In this document: positions 1-7,593 of the stretch, in pieces
Position numbering within the stretch: the stretch's first letter is position 1
Layout: each line of letters opens with the position of its first letter
NCBI RefSeq assembly: GCF_000017305.1
Contig: NC_009664.2
Coordinates: forward strand, 3,780,001-3,812,000
Source: Kineococcus radiotolerans SRS30216 = ATCC BAA-149
Lineage (GTDB): Bacteria > Actinomycetota > Actinomycetes > Actinomycetales > Kineococcaceae
Direction: 5' to 3'
DNA length: 32,000 nucleotides
Program-made: the position numbers and the translations under genes
The notes under the pieces: generated by a model
Seen by the model: only the letters and a program-made list of their open reading frames with translations
Databases searched by the model: none
Told to the model about the DNA's origin: nothing

Positions 1-492
1 CCCGCCCGGGGCCAGGGCCAGCGGCACCGCCACCACGGCGAGCAGCGGCAGCCCGGCCAGCGCGGGCCGGCGGAGGGTGACGGCGAAGAGGTCCACGGCG
101 AGGGCCAGGAGCCCGGCCCCGGCGACCAGCAGCAGCCGCAGACCGCGCAGGTCGACGGCCGGCACGCTGTAGCGCTGGATGACCTGGACCCCGTCGGTGG
201 CCAGTTGCGCGAAGCGGCCCGGGGTGGCGGGGGTCGGCACGACCCCCGCCACCGTGGTGCTGCCGCCGAAGAGGACCAGGAGCACGGCCAGGAGGGCGAG
301 GACCTGCACCGCGACCGCCGGGCCGCGCCGGCGGAGCAGGGCCCGGACCAGCAGCCCGGAGGCGGTCACGGCGCAGACCGCGCTGAACGCGCCGACCAGC
401 CACCCCGAGGACACGAGGAGCGGTCGCAGGGTGAGCACGGCGGCGGCGCTGGCGACACCGGCCCACAGGGCGGTGCGGGCACTGCGGGTCAC
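1..492 (-). CDS. N-terminal part of a polytopic membrane protein, probably the transglutaminase-like (TgpA/DUF3488-type) third gene of a MoxR-DUF58 operon; 3' end is outside the window
   Basis: Minus-strand frame is open from GTG (complement of 490-492) to the window edge (164 codons). The GTG overlaps the TGA of the upstream DUF58 gene (GTGA, 489-492). Translation VTRSARTALWAGVASAAAVLTLRPLLVSSGWLVGAFSAVCAVTASGLLVRALL... is a run of hydrophobic helices. The transglutaminase identity is inferred from operon context only; no catalytic domain is visible here. Confidence 0.55.
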   Translation of the reverse strand, partial: MTRSARTALWAGVASAAAVLTLRPLLVSSGWLVGAFSAVCAVTASGLLVRALLRRRGPAVAVQVLALLAVLLVLFGGSTTVAGVVPTPATPGRFAQLATDGVQVIQRYSVPAVDLRGLRLLLVAGAGLLALAVDLFAVTLRRPALAGLPLLAVVAVPLALAPGG

Positions 493-1808
493 GGGCGGAC
501 CTCCTCGTCGGGGAGCGGGGCGGGCCGGGCGGCGCGCGTGGCGTCGGACGGGGCGCCCGCGGGAGTGCCGCGCGCCCCGGTGCGGGTGAGTCTGGCCCAG
601 ACCTCCGACACGGGGTCGCCGGGGCCGGCCAGCGCCGTGCGCCAGCCCGCGCGCGCCAGCACCAGGTGCGCGCGGCGCAGCCCCGGCCCGTCGTCCTGAC
701 CGGGCTGCGTCCACGCGGCCGTCCGCTCCAGGACCGCCAGGGCGGGGACGCCCAGCGGTCGCGCCGACAGCAGGGGGGCCACGTCCTCCTCGTCGACCCC
801 GGCGAGGACCGCGACCAGGAGGGTGGAGTCGGCCCGTCCCAGCGCGGCGACGGAGCGGGCCAGCCCCTCGGGGCCGCCCGGGCGCAGCCGGGCCAGCGAG
901 CGCAGCAGGCCGCGGACGGCGGAGCTGTCGTCGAGCTCGCGCGGCGGGTCGAAGGCGCCGTCGTGCAGGAGCCGGACGCGGTGCCCGCGCCGGTGCAGGT
1001 GCACGGCCGCCGAGGCGACCAGGCTGACGGCCCACTCCAGCGAGGACCCCGCACCGCGCCCCTCGTGCGCCGCCGCCCGGGTGTCGAGCAGCAGGACGAC
1101 GTCGGGGCGGCCCGGGTGCTCGTCGGAGCGGACCATGACCGCGCCCCGCCGGGCGGTGGAGCGCCAGTGCACGCGGCGCAGGTCGTCGCCCACGCGGTAC
1201 TCCCGCAGGGAGACGTCGTCGAGGGAGGCGGCGGCGGAGGCGCCGGCGGAGGACCCGCGGGCACCCCCGAGGTCGCCCAGGACGAGGTCGGCCAGCGGGT
1301 GCACGCGCGGCAGCACGTCCAGGGTGACGCTCCCGCCGAGGGTGCGGCTGGCGGTGACCAGGCCGAAGACGTCGCGGGCGACGAGCGTGACCGGTCCCAG
1401 CGGGTAGGACCCGCGCACCTCGGCCCTCACCCTGTGCTCGAGGTCGAGGATCTGGCCCTCCCTGAGGCGGGGGACCGGGAGGCGCGCGGTCCCGCCCAGG
1501 GCCAGGGGGACCTGGTCCTCCAGGACCAGGCGCACCCCGGCCCGGGCCCGTCCCAGGACGGTCAGCCGGACGGTGCTCGTGACCCCGGCCTCGACGAGCT
1601 CCGACTTCGACCTCGACACCAGGTCGAGGGTCGCGGCGCTGCGCACGGCGGACCAACCGGCCACCACGAGGAGCACGACGAGCAGGACCCCCACGCGCAG
1701 GACGTCGCGCTGGCCGGTGAGCGGTGCCCCGACCAGGACCACCAGCGCGACCGCCGCGAAGGTCCAGCCGCGCGCGGAGGGGCGCAGGCGCACGGGGCGA
1801 CCGCTCAC
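489..1808 (-). CDS. DUF58 (vWA-like) domain protein, MoxR-associated
   Basis: 439-aa ORF with a GTG start. It has an N-terminal pair of TM helices and the DUF58 hallmark LREYRVGDDLRRVHWRSTARRG followed by VVLLLD. It sits 8 nt downstream of the MoxR gene on the same strand. Confidence 0.85.
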   Translation of the reverse strand: MSGRPVRLRPSARGWTFAAVALVVLVGAPLTGQRDVLRVGVLLVVLLVVAGWSAVRSAATLDLVSRSKSELVEAGVTSTVRLTVLGRARAGVRLVLEDQVPLALGGTARLPVPRLREGQILDLEHRVRAEVRGSYPLGPVTLVARDVFGLVTASRTLGGSVTLDVLPRVHPLADLVLGDLGGARGSSAGASAAASLDDVSLREYRVGDDLRRVHWRSTARRGAVMVRSDEHPGRPDVVLLLDTRAAAHEGRGAGSSLEWAVSLVASAAVHLHRRGHRVRLLHDGAFDPPRELDDSSAVRGLLRSLARLRPGGPEGLARSVAALGRADSTLLVAVLAGVDEEDVAPLLSARPLGVPALAVLERTAAWTQPGQDDGPGLRRAHLVLARAGWRTALAGPGDPVSEVWARLTRTGARGTPAGAPSDATRAARPAPLPDEEVRP

Positions 1809-1815
1809 CGGGGGC

Positions 1816-2835
1816 TCACCGCGGGGAGGGGAGGGCCGTGGAGCGCAGCACGTCGACCACCACGTCGGCGCCCTCGCGCCCGGCCAGCAGGGCGTCCGCC
1901 GTCAGCAGCAGGCGGTGGGCGACGACGGGCACGGCGAGGGCCTGCACGTCGTCGGGCAGCACGTGGTCGCGACCCTCCATCGCGGCGCGCGAGCGGGCCG
2001 CGCGCAGCAGGTGCAGGGCCGCGCGCGGGGAGCCGCCCAGGCGCAGGTCCGGGTGCGCCCGGGTGCGCCGCACGAGGTCCACGACGTACTGCTTGAGGGC
2101 TTCCGCCGCGTGCACCCCGCGGACCGCGGCGGAGAGCTCCCGCACCTGCGCCACGTCCACGACGGGGGTCACGGCGTCCAGCGGCTGCGTCGCCCCGTGC
2201 TCGCTGAGCATAGTGAGCTCGGCCTCGGCGGAGGGGTAGCCCATGGAGACGCGGGCCATGAAGCGGTCGCGCTGGGCCTCGGGCAGCGGGTAGGTCCCGT
2301 CCATCTCCACCGGGTTCTGGGTGGCGAAGACGATGAAGGGCCGGTCCAGCTCCCACGTCGTCCCGTCGACGGTGACCTGCCCCTCCTCCATGCACTCCAG
2401 CAGGGCCGACTGGGTCTTGGGCGAGGCGCGGTTGATCTCGTCGCCGATGACGACGTTGGCGAACACCGCCCCCGGGCGGAACTCGAAGGCGCTGCGCTCC
2501 TGGTTCCAGATGCTCGACCCGGTGACGTCGCTGGGCAGCAGGTCGGGGGTGAACTGGATGCGCCGCACGGTGCCGTCGACGGCCCGGGCGAGGGTCTTGG
2601 CGAGCATCGTCTTGCCCACCCCGGGGACGTCCTCGACGAGCAGGTGCCCCTCGGCGAAGAGGACGGTCAGCGCGAGCCGCACGATCTCGTCCTTGCCCTG
2701 GATGACCCGGTCCACCGTCGCCGCGAGGGCGTCGGTGGTGGAGCGCAGGCGCTCCAGGGCCGCGGGGAGGTCCTGCGGGTCGAGGGCGAGGGGCTCGCCG
2801 GGGTGGCTGCCGGGGAGTGCGCTCGTCGTGGTCAC
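1816..2835 (-). CDS. moxR: MoxR-family AAA+ ATPase
   Basis: GTG at complement of 2833-2835 gives 339 aa. Motifs: Walker A EDVPGVGKT, Walker B VVIGDEINRASPKTQSALLE, and FIVFATQNPVEMDGTYPLPEAQRDRF (sensor/arginine region typical of MoxR). The rest of the 1075-aa track ORF upstream of 2835 is non-coding shadow. Confidence 0.9.
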   Translation of the reverse strand: MTTTSALPGSHPGEPLALDPQDLPAALERLRSTTDALAATVDRVIQGKDEIVRLALTVLFAEGHLLVEDVPGVGKTMLAKTLARAVDGTVRRIQFTPDLLPSDVTGSSIWNQERSAFEFRPGAVFANVVIGDEINRASPKTQSALLECMEEGQVTVDGTTWELDRPFIVFATQNPVEMDGTYPLPEAQRDRFMARVSMGYPSAEAELTMLSEHGATQPLDAVTPVVDVAQVRELSAAVRGVHAAEALKQYVVDLVRRTRAHPDLRLGGSPRAALHLLRAARSRAAMEGRDHVLPDDVQALAVPVVAHRLLLTADALLAGREGADVVVDVLRSTALPSPR

Positions 2836-2890
2836 GTGGCCTCGTCTCGTTCGGTGGACCTCGCGGGTGCGAACGTCCGGAGCCGGGGGA

Positions 2891-2918
2891 GGGTGCCCGG
2901 ACCCCGGTCCGGGCACCC
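2891..2918. promoter_or_regulatory. Perfect 12-bp inverted repeat (GGGTGCCCGGAC-cccg-GTCCGGGCACCC) about 55 bp upstream of moxR; operator or 5'-leader hairpin, function unknown
   Basis: Read directly: 2891-2902 is the exact reverse complement of 2907-2918. The half-site 9-mer CCGGGCACC recurs at 2971-2979. Confidence 0.45.
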
Positions 2919-3170
2919 TCCGCACGACGTGCCCACTCTGCCCCACCCCCCGCCCCCTCCGCCCGTCGATCCGGGCACCGGGACCCCCACCTCCCCCCAC
3001 CCCGGCGCCCCCCGGTCCCCCACACCCCTCCACCCCCGCCCCGGGAGGGCTCCCGGAGGGCTCCCCGGGGGCCTCCCGGGGCGGCGCGCGCCCCGGCCCG
3101 GGCTCGCGGACCCCCACGGCCCTCCCCGGCGCCCCACGCCTCTGACCTGCGCCGACGCCGGGCCTGAGCG

Positions 3171-3223
3171 GTGACCGACGGTGGATCGACGTTGACCGTG
3201 GAGGAAAGTGGAGTACGGTGGAG
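3171..3223 (+). promoter_or_regulatory. Direct-repeat array GTGGAG x3 at exact 10-bp phasing (3198, 3208, 3218), plus GTGGAT at 3181 and degenerate GTGAC (3171) / GTTGA (3191); candidate MraZ operator
   Basis: Repeats were read directly. They lie 63-88 bp upstream of the mraZ start. MraZ operators described in other bacteria are short G-rich direct repeats with about 10-bp periodicity next to the dcw promoter. Confidence 0.55.
3192..3219 (+). promoter_or_regulatory. Candidate dcw (Pmra-like) promoter: -35 TTGACC (3192-3197), 16-nt spacer, -10 TACGGT (3214-3219)
   Basis: The hexamers match the actinobacterial sigma-A pattern TTGACN / TANNNT. They are embedded in the GTGGAG repeat array. No transcript data are available. 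Confidence 0.4.
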
Positions 3224-3285
3224 GAGTCTGGTCCGCCAGGGCCGGGCAGCAGTGGCAACAAGGACCCGTTCGGTGGGGGTGCGTG

Positions 3286-3717
3286 GTGTTCCTGGGCACC
3301 CACACGCCCCGCCTGGACGACAAGGGGCGGCTGATCCTCCCGGCTCGTTTCCGGGACCAGCTGCTCGACGGCCTGGTCATCACCAGGGGGCAGGAACGCT
3401 GCCTCTACATCTTCCCCATGCAGGAGTTCCAGCGGATGCACGAGGAGATGCGGCAGGCGCCGCTCACCAACAAGGAGGCGCGCGACTACCAGCGCGTCTT
3501 CCTGTCGGGTGCCTCCAGCGAGCTCCCGGACAAGCAGGGGAGGGTCACCGTCCCGCCGCTGCTGCGCACCTACGCCGGCCTCGAGCGCGACGTCGCCGTC
3601 ATCGGTGCCGGCGCCCGCGTCGAGCTGTGGGACCTGCGGACCTGGGAGAGCTACCTCGACGAGGTGGAACCCGCCTTCGCCGACCGCCGCGAGGAGGTCC
3701 TCCCGGGGGTCCTCTGA
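3286..3717 (+). CDS. mraZ: Transcriptional regulator MraZ
   Basis: GTG at 3286 gives the canonical 143 aa starting (M)[25 protein letters not shown], with the second MraZ half-domain ...[20 protein letters not shown]. It is the first gene of the dcw cluster. The longer track start at 3208 adds an N-terminal extension not typical of MraZ. Confidence 0.95.
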   Translation: MFLGTHTPRLDDKGRLILPARFRDQLLDGLVITRGQERCLYIFPMQEFQRMHEEMRQAPLTNKEARDYQRVFLSGASSELPDKQGRVTVPPLLRTYAGLERDVAVIGAGARVELWDLRTWESYLDEVEPAFADRREEVLPGVL

Positions 3718-3912
3718 TCCCTGACCCCCGAGCCGAGGCTCGGGCCTCCGGGTACCGACCGTCGACCGCGGCCTCCAGCCGCCCCGTCCCCGGTCCTGAC
3801 GCCACTTCCCCGGCGCCAGGGCCGGGGGCGCGAGCGGATGGGGACCGCGACCGACGGTCGGCTCGCGGGTGGGAGGGGAACCGGTGGCCGGCAGCGAGGG
3901 GGAGGTGACGAC

Positions 3913-5088
3913 GTGGACGTGGACGTGCAGGACGACGTGCAGGGCAGGGCCGGCGAGGGCGCCGAGGAACGCGCGCACGACGCGGCCCGCCGCCACGCCT
4001 CCGTCATGCTCGAACGCTGCACCCGGGTGCTGTCCCCGGCGCTGGACCACCCCGGTGCCGTCACCGTCGACGTGACCCTGGGCATGGGCGGGCACGCCCA
4101 CGAGCTGCTGCGCCGCCACCCCGGTCTGCGCCTGGTCGGGATGGACCGCGACCCGCAGGCGCTGGAACTCGCCGCGCACCGGCTGCACGAGTTCGCCGAC
4201 CGGATCACCCTGGTGCACAGCGTCTCCGACGGCCTGGGCGAGGCGCTGGACGACCTCGGCCTGGACACCGTCGACGCCGTCTTCTTCGACCTCGGGGTCT
4301 CCTCGCTCCAGCTCGACGAGGCGGAGCGGGGTTTCTCCTACGCCCGCGACACCGCCCTGGACATGCGGATGGACCCCGGCGCCCCCACCACGGCCGCGGA
4401 CGTCCTCAACACCTACTCCCACAGCCAGTTGACCCGCATCCTCCGGGTCTACGGCGAGGAGCGCTTCGCACCGCGCATCGCCTCCGCGATCGTGCGCGAG
4501 CGGGCGCTGGAACCCTTCACGAGTTCCGCCCGGCTGGTGGACCTGGTGCGCGCCAACGTCCCCGCCGCCACCCGGCGGACCGGCGGGAACCCCGCCAAGC
4601 GCACGTTCCAGGCGCTGCGGATCGAGGTCAACGACGAACTCGGCGTCGTCGAGCGCTCGCTGCCGGTGGCCTTCGAACGGCTCGCGCCCGAGGGTCGGCT
4701 GGCGGTCCTGACCTTCCACTCCCTCGAGGACCGCATCGTCAAGAACGCCCTGCGGGAGCTGTCGAGCAGTTCCGCTCCGCCCGACCTCCCTTTCGTGCCA
4801 GCGGGTTCCGGGCCGCGCGCGGAACTCCTCACCCGCGGCGGGGAGACCGCCGACGAGGCGGAGCTGGCCGAGAATCCCCGGGCGGCGTCGGCGCGCCTGC
4901 GTGCCGTGCGTCGCCTCCCCGGCGAGGATCGGGTCAGTTCCCCCCGGGTCGTGCCGGCGTCCAGGCGCCGGAACCGTCCCGGGACCGGGACGGCCGGGAA
5001 CCCCGCCCGGCCCCGCACTCAGGAGTTCGAGACCCACCCCCACCTCGAGCCGGGCGAGCCCGGCGCGACCGTCGAGAGGACGCCGTGA
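3913..5088 (+). CDS. rsmH: 16S rRNA (cytosine1402-N4)-methyltransferase RsmH (MraW)
   Basis: Motifs: HASVML, DVTLGMGGH, FDLGVSSLQLD, ERGFSY, FHSLEDRIVK, NPRAASARLRA. The preferred start is GTG 3913, 7 nt after GGAGG (3901-3905). The alternative is ATG 3838 (track ORF). A basic/proline-rich tail of about 70 aa follows the conserved C-terminus. Confidence 0.92.
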   Translation: MDVDVQDDVQGRAGEGAEERAHDAARRHASVMLERCTRVLSPALDHPGAVTVDVTLGMGGHAHELLRRHPGLRLVGMDRDPQALELAAHRLHEFADRITLVHSVSDGLGEALDDLGLDTVDAVFFDLGVSSLQLDEAERGFSYARDTALDMRMDPGAPTTAADVLNTYSHSQLTRILRVYGEERFAPRIASAIVRERALEPFTSSARLVDLVRANVPAATRRTGGNPAKRTFQALRIEVNDELGVVERSLPVAFERLAPEGRLAVLTFHSLEDRIVKNALRELSSSSAPPDLPFVPAGSGPRAELLTRGGETADEAELAENPRAASARLRAVRRLPGEDRVSSPRVVPASRRRNRPGTGTAGNPARPRTQEFETHPHLEPGEPGATVERTP

Positions 5089-5522
5089 TGAGCCAGCCCC
5101 TGATCGCGGCCCGGAACGCTCCGGTCCGCCAGCTCAAGGCGCGTCAGGACGCCGCCGCCCGTCCCGAGCTGCAGGTGGTCACCCCGCCCGCGACCCGCCG
5201 CCTGCGCCTGCCGCTGCCGGTCGCGTGCGTGCTCGTGCTGACCCTGGGGCTGTTCGGGCTGCTCATGACGAACATCGCCATCGCCGGCGACGCCTACCGC
5301 ATCACCGACCTGCAGGTGCAGTCGCAGCGGCTGGCCGACCAGCAGCAGGCGGCGGCGGAGTCGCTGGCCCACCAGTCCGCGCCGGAGCAGCTGGCCGCCC
5401 GGGCCCAGGCCCTGGGGATGGTGCCGGCCCCCGACGCGGTCCACCTCACCGGCAGCGGCGCCGTCGGCGAACCCACGCCCGCCCCGACCCCCACGGCCCC
5501 GGCCCGCACGTCCGGCGGCTGA
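5088..5522 (+). CDS. ftsL: FtsL-like bitopic cell-division protein
   Basis: ATG 5088 (or GTG 5085) overlaps the rsmH stop (TGA 5086-5088). It has a single TM helix LPLPVACVLVLTLGLFGLLMTNIAIA followed by a heptad-like segment YRITDLQVQSQRLADQQQAAAESL. It holds the conserved slot between rsmH and ftsI. The sequence itself is low in information. Confidence 0.7.
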   Translation: MSQPLIAARNAPVRQLKARQDAAARPELQVVTPPATRRLRLPLPVACVLVLTLGLFGLLMTNIAIAGDAYRITDLQVQSQRLADQQQAAAESLAHQSAPEQLAARAQALGMVPAPDAVHLTGSGAVGEPTPAPTPTAPARTSGG

Positions 5523-5570
5523 GGCCGCGCCGCCCCGACGTCCGCCCGAAGGTCCCGAGAGGCTCACCGC

Positions 5571-7478
5571 GTGTCCCCACTGCGCCGCAACCGACCCCAC
5601 GCCCGCGACGACGGGGCGCCGACCGCGGACATGAGGATGCGCGTCTACAGCGTGGGGGTCCTGCTCGGCCTGACCGTCCTCGGGGGGCGGCTGGTCCAGC
5701 TCCAGGGCGCCGACGCCGGGGCCCTGGCCGAACGCGCTCTGCGGCAACGCACCTCGGAGACCAAGCTGTACGCCAAGCGCGGCGACGTCGTCGACGCCAA
5801 GGGCGTCGTGCTGGCGACGTCGGTCGAGCGGCGCGACGTCATCGCCGACCCGCAGACCGTCCAGGCGTACAACACCCGTCCCGGCGACGGGTCGAAGTAC
5901 CAGGAGGAGCACGGGCAGGGCCCGGCCGGCGCGGCGGCGCGGCTGGCCCCCGTGCTCGGGATCGACGAGGCGACCCTCACCGACAAGCTGACCGTGAAGG
6001 CGACGAGCCCGCGCTACGCCGTCGTGGCGGTCGGCATCACCCCGGAGCTGTGGCAGCAGGTCGCCGACGTCGGCATCAGCGGGATCACCTCCAAGCGCCA
6101 GACCCAGCGCATCTACCCGACGGGGTCGGCGTCCTCCACCCTCGTCGGCGTCCTGGGCACCCCCGTCTACGACGAGGAGGCGAAGGCGTACCACGACTAC
6201 CCCCTCGGCGGGCTGGAGTCGGCCGAGGACGACCTGCTGACGGGCACCGACGGGTCGATGAAGTACGAGCGCAGCCTCGGCGGCCAGGAGATCCCGCTGG
6301 GCGACAGCGAGATGGTCGAGCCCGTCGACGGCACCTCCCTGCACCTGACGATCGACTCGGACCTGCAGTGGAAGGCGCAGTCGGCGATCGCGGCCAAGGT
6401 CGCCGAGACGGGCGCGAAGTCCGGCACCGTCGTGATCATGGACAGGCGGCAGCGGCTGCTCGCGCTGGCCAGCGCGCCCAGCATCGACCCCACGAACCTC
6501 ACGGACTTCACCAACGACCAGCTCCTGAACACCGCGCTCACCGAGGCCTTCGAACCCGGCTCGACGGCCAAGGTCGTGACGCTGGCGGCGGTGCTGGAGG
6601 AGGGGAGGGCCACGGCCTCCAGCCCCTTCACCGTCCCCTACGCGCTGCAGAGGTCGGACAAGCTCTTCCACGACTCCCACGAGCACCCCGAGGAGAAGCT
6701 CACGCTGGCGGGGATCCTCGCCCAGTCCAGCAACACCGGAACCATCCTGGCCGGGGAGCAGCTCGACGCGCGGACGCTGTACGAGTACCAGCGCGCCTTC
6801 GGGTTCGGCAGCCGGACCACGCTCTCCTTCCCCGGGGAGACCGCCGGCATCGTGGCGAAGCCCGAGGACTACTCCGGGACCCAGCGCTACACCGTGATGT
6901 TCGGGCAGGGACTCTCCGTCAACGCCGTGCAGGCGGCCTCGGTGTTCGCCACCATCGCCAACGACGGCGTGCGCGTCGAGCCCACGCTCATCGCCGGGAC
7001 GTCGGACCCGAACGGCAACCGCACCACCGCCCCCGCCGGCGACTCCGCCCGGGTGGTGAGTTCCGAGACCGCGAAGACGTTGCGGGACATGATGCAAGCC
7101 GTCGTCAGCGAGGAGGGGACCGCCGCCGCCGCGGAGATCCCGGGTTACCTCGTCGCCGGCAAGACCGGCACCGCGGAACGCTACGACGAGGACCTCGGCC
7201 GCTACTCCGGTTACACCGCGTCGTTCATCGGGCTGGCCCCCGCCGACGACCCGGAACTGGTGGTGGCCGTGATCCTGCAGGACCCCCGGACGAACTACTA
7301 CGGCGGGTCGGCCGCGGGTCCGGTGTTCAAGGAGGTCATGACCTACGCGCTCGCGCAGCGCGGGGTCGCCCCCTCCGCCGAACCCCCGGCGAACCTCCCG
7401 CTCACCTGGGGGGGCGAGGCCGAGGCCGGGGCCGCGCGCGCCCCGGGCGCCGCCGGGGACGCCGCGGGAGCGCAGTGA
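5571..7478 (+). CDS. ftsI: Class B penicillin-binding protein / septal transpeptidase FtsI (PbpB)
   Basis: GTG start 8 nt after GAGAGG. It has an N-terminal membrane anchor and the transpeptidase motifs STAK (SxxK), SSN (SxN) and KTGT (KTG). It is in the expected dcw position. Confidence 0.92.
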   Translation: MSPLRRNRPHARDDGAPTADMRMRVYSVGVLLGLTVLGGRLVQLQGADAGALAERALRQRTSETKLYAKRGDVVDAKGVVLATSVERRDVIADPQTVQAYNTRPGDGSKYQEEHGQGPAGAAARLAPVLGIDEATLTDKLTVKATSPRYAVVAVGITPELWQQVADVGISGITSKRQTQRIYPTGSASSTLVGVLGTPVYDEEAKAYHDYPLGGLESAEDDLLTGTDGSMKYERSLGGQEIPLGDSEMVEPVDGTSLHLTIDSDLQWKAQSAIAAKVAETGAKSGTVVIMDRRQRLLALASAPSIDPTNLTDFTNDQLLNTALTEAFEPGSTAKVVTLAAVLEEGRATASSPFTVPYALQRSDKLFHDSHEHPEEKLTLAGILAQSSNTGTILAGEQLDARTLYEYQRAFGFGSRTTLSFPGETAGIVAKPEDYSGTQRYTVMFGQGLSVNAVQAASVFATIANDGVRVEPTLIAGTSDPNGNRTTAPAGDSARVVSSETAKTLRDMMQAVVSEEGTAAAAEIPGYLVAGKTGTAERYDEDLGRYSGYTASFIGLAPADDPELVVAVILQDPRTNYYGGSAAGPVFKEVMTYALAQRGVAPSAEPPANLPLTWGGEAEAGAARAPGAAGDAAGAQ

Positions 7479-7593
7479 CCCCCGTCCCGGACCGGGGCGG
7501 CGCGGTGCGCGGGGGGACGCGCGGGAGAACACGCCGGGGAACACGCGGGGGAAGCGGTACGGGCGCCCCCGTGCGGGCGGGTAGCCTCCCACC

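Noticed and set aside
2941-3040. Possible 6C-type sRNA (actinobacterial RNA with two C-rich hairpin loops), suggested by the many C6-C7 runs
   Set aside because: I could not find two convincing stems enclosing the C-runs; only 5-bp CCGGG/CCCGG pairings are present. The known 6C locus context is also different. Only a covariance-model search could revive this.
2817-3167. 116-aa proline/arginine-rich + strand ORF across the moxR-mraZ spacer (PPPAPS...PPPPPREGS)
   Set aside because: Its ATG lies inside the moxR coding start on the opposite strand and there is no RBS. The composition simply mirrors the C-tract DNA, and any frame through a poly-C region reads as poly-Pro. It is treated as non-coding structure instead.
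3208-3285. Longer mraZ start at ATG 3208 (169 aa) from the ORF track
   Set aside because: The MraZ family starts at MFLGT...; GTG 3286 gives the canonical 143 aa. The 3208 start would also place the GTGGAG boxes and the -10 candidate inside coding sequence.
3838-3912. rsmH start at ATG 3838
   Set aside because: It has only a poor RBS immediately adjacent to the ATG. The first 25 codons (Gly/Arg-rich) span a strong 11-bp hairpin. GTG 3913 has a GGAGG at ideal spacing. The ATG start is kept as an alternative, not excluded.
2836-5043. Upstream 735 codons of the 1075-aa minus-strand track ORF (1816..5043), antisense to mraZ and rsmH
   Set aside because: Only the last 339 codons (from GTG 2835) look like a protein (MoxR). 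The rest is Gly/Arg/Pro/Ala-rich low complexity lying antisense to well-supported genes and crossing the intergenic spacer. This is a typical stop-codon-poor shadow frame in roughly 75% GC DNA.
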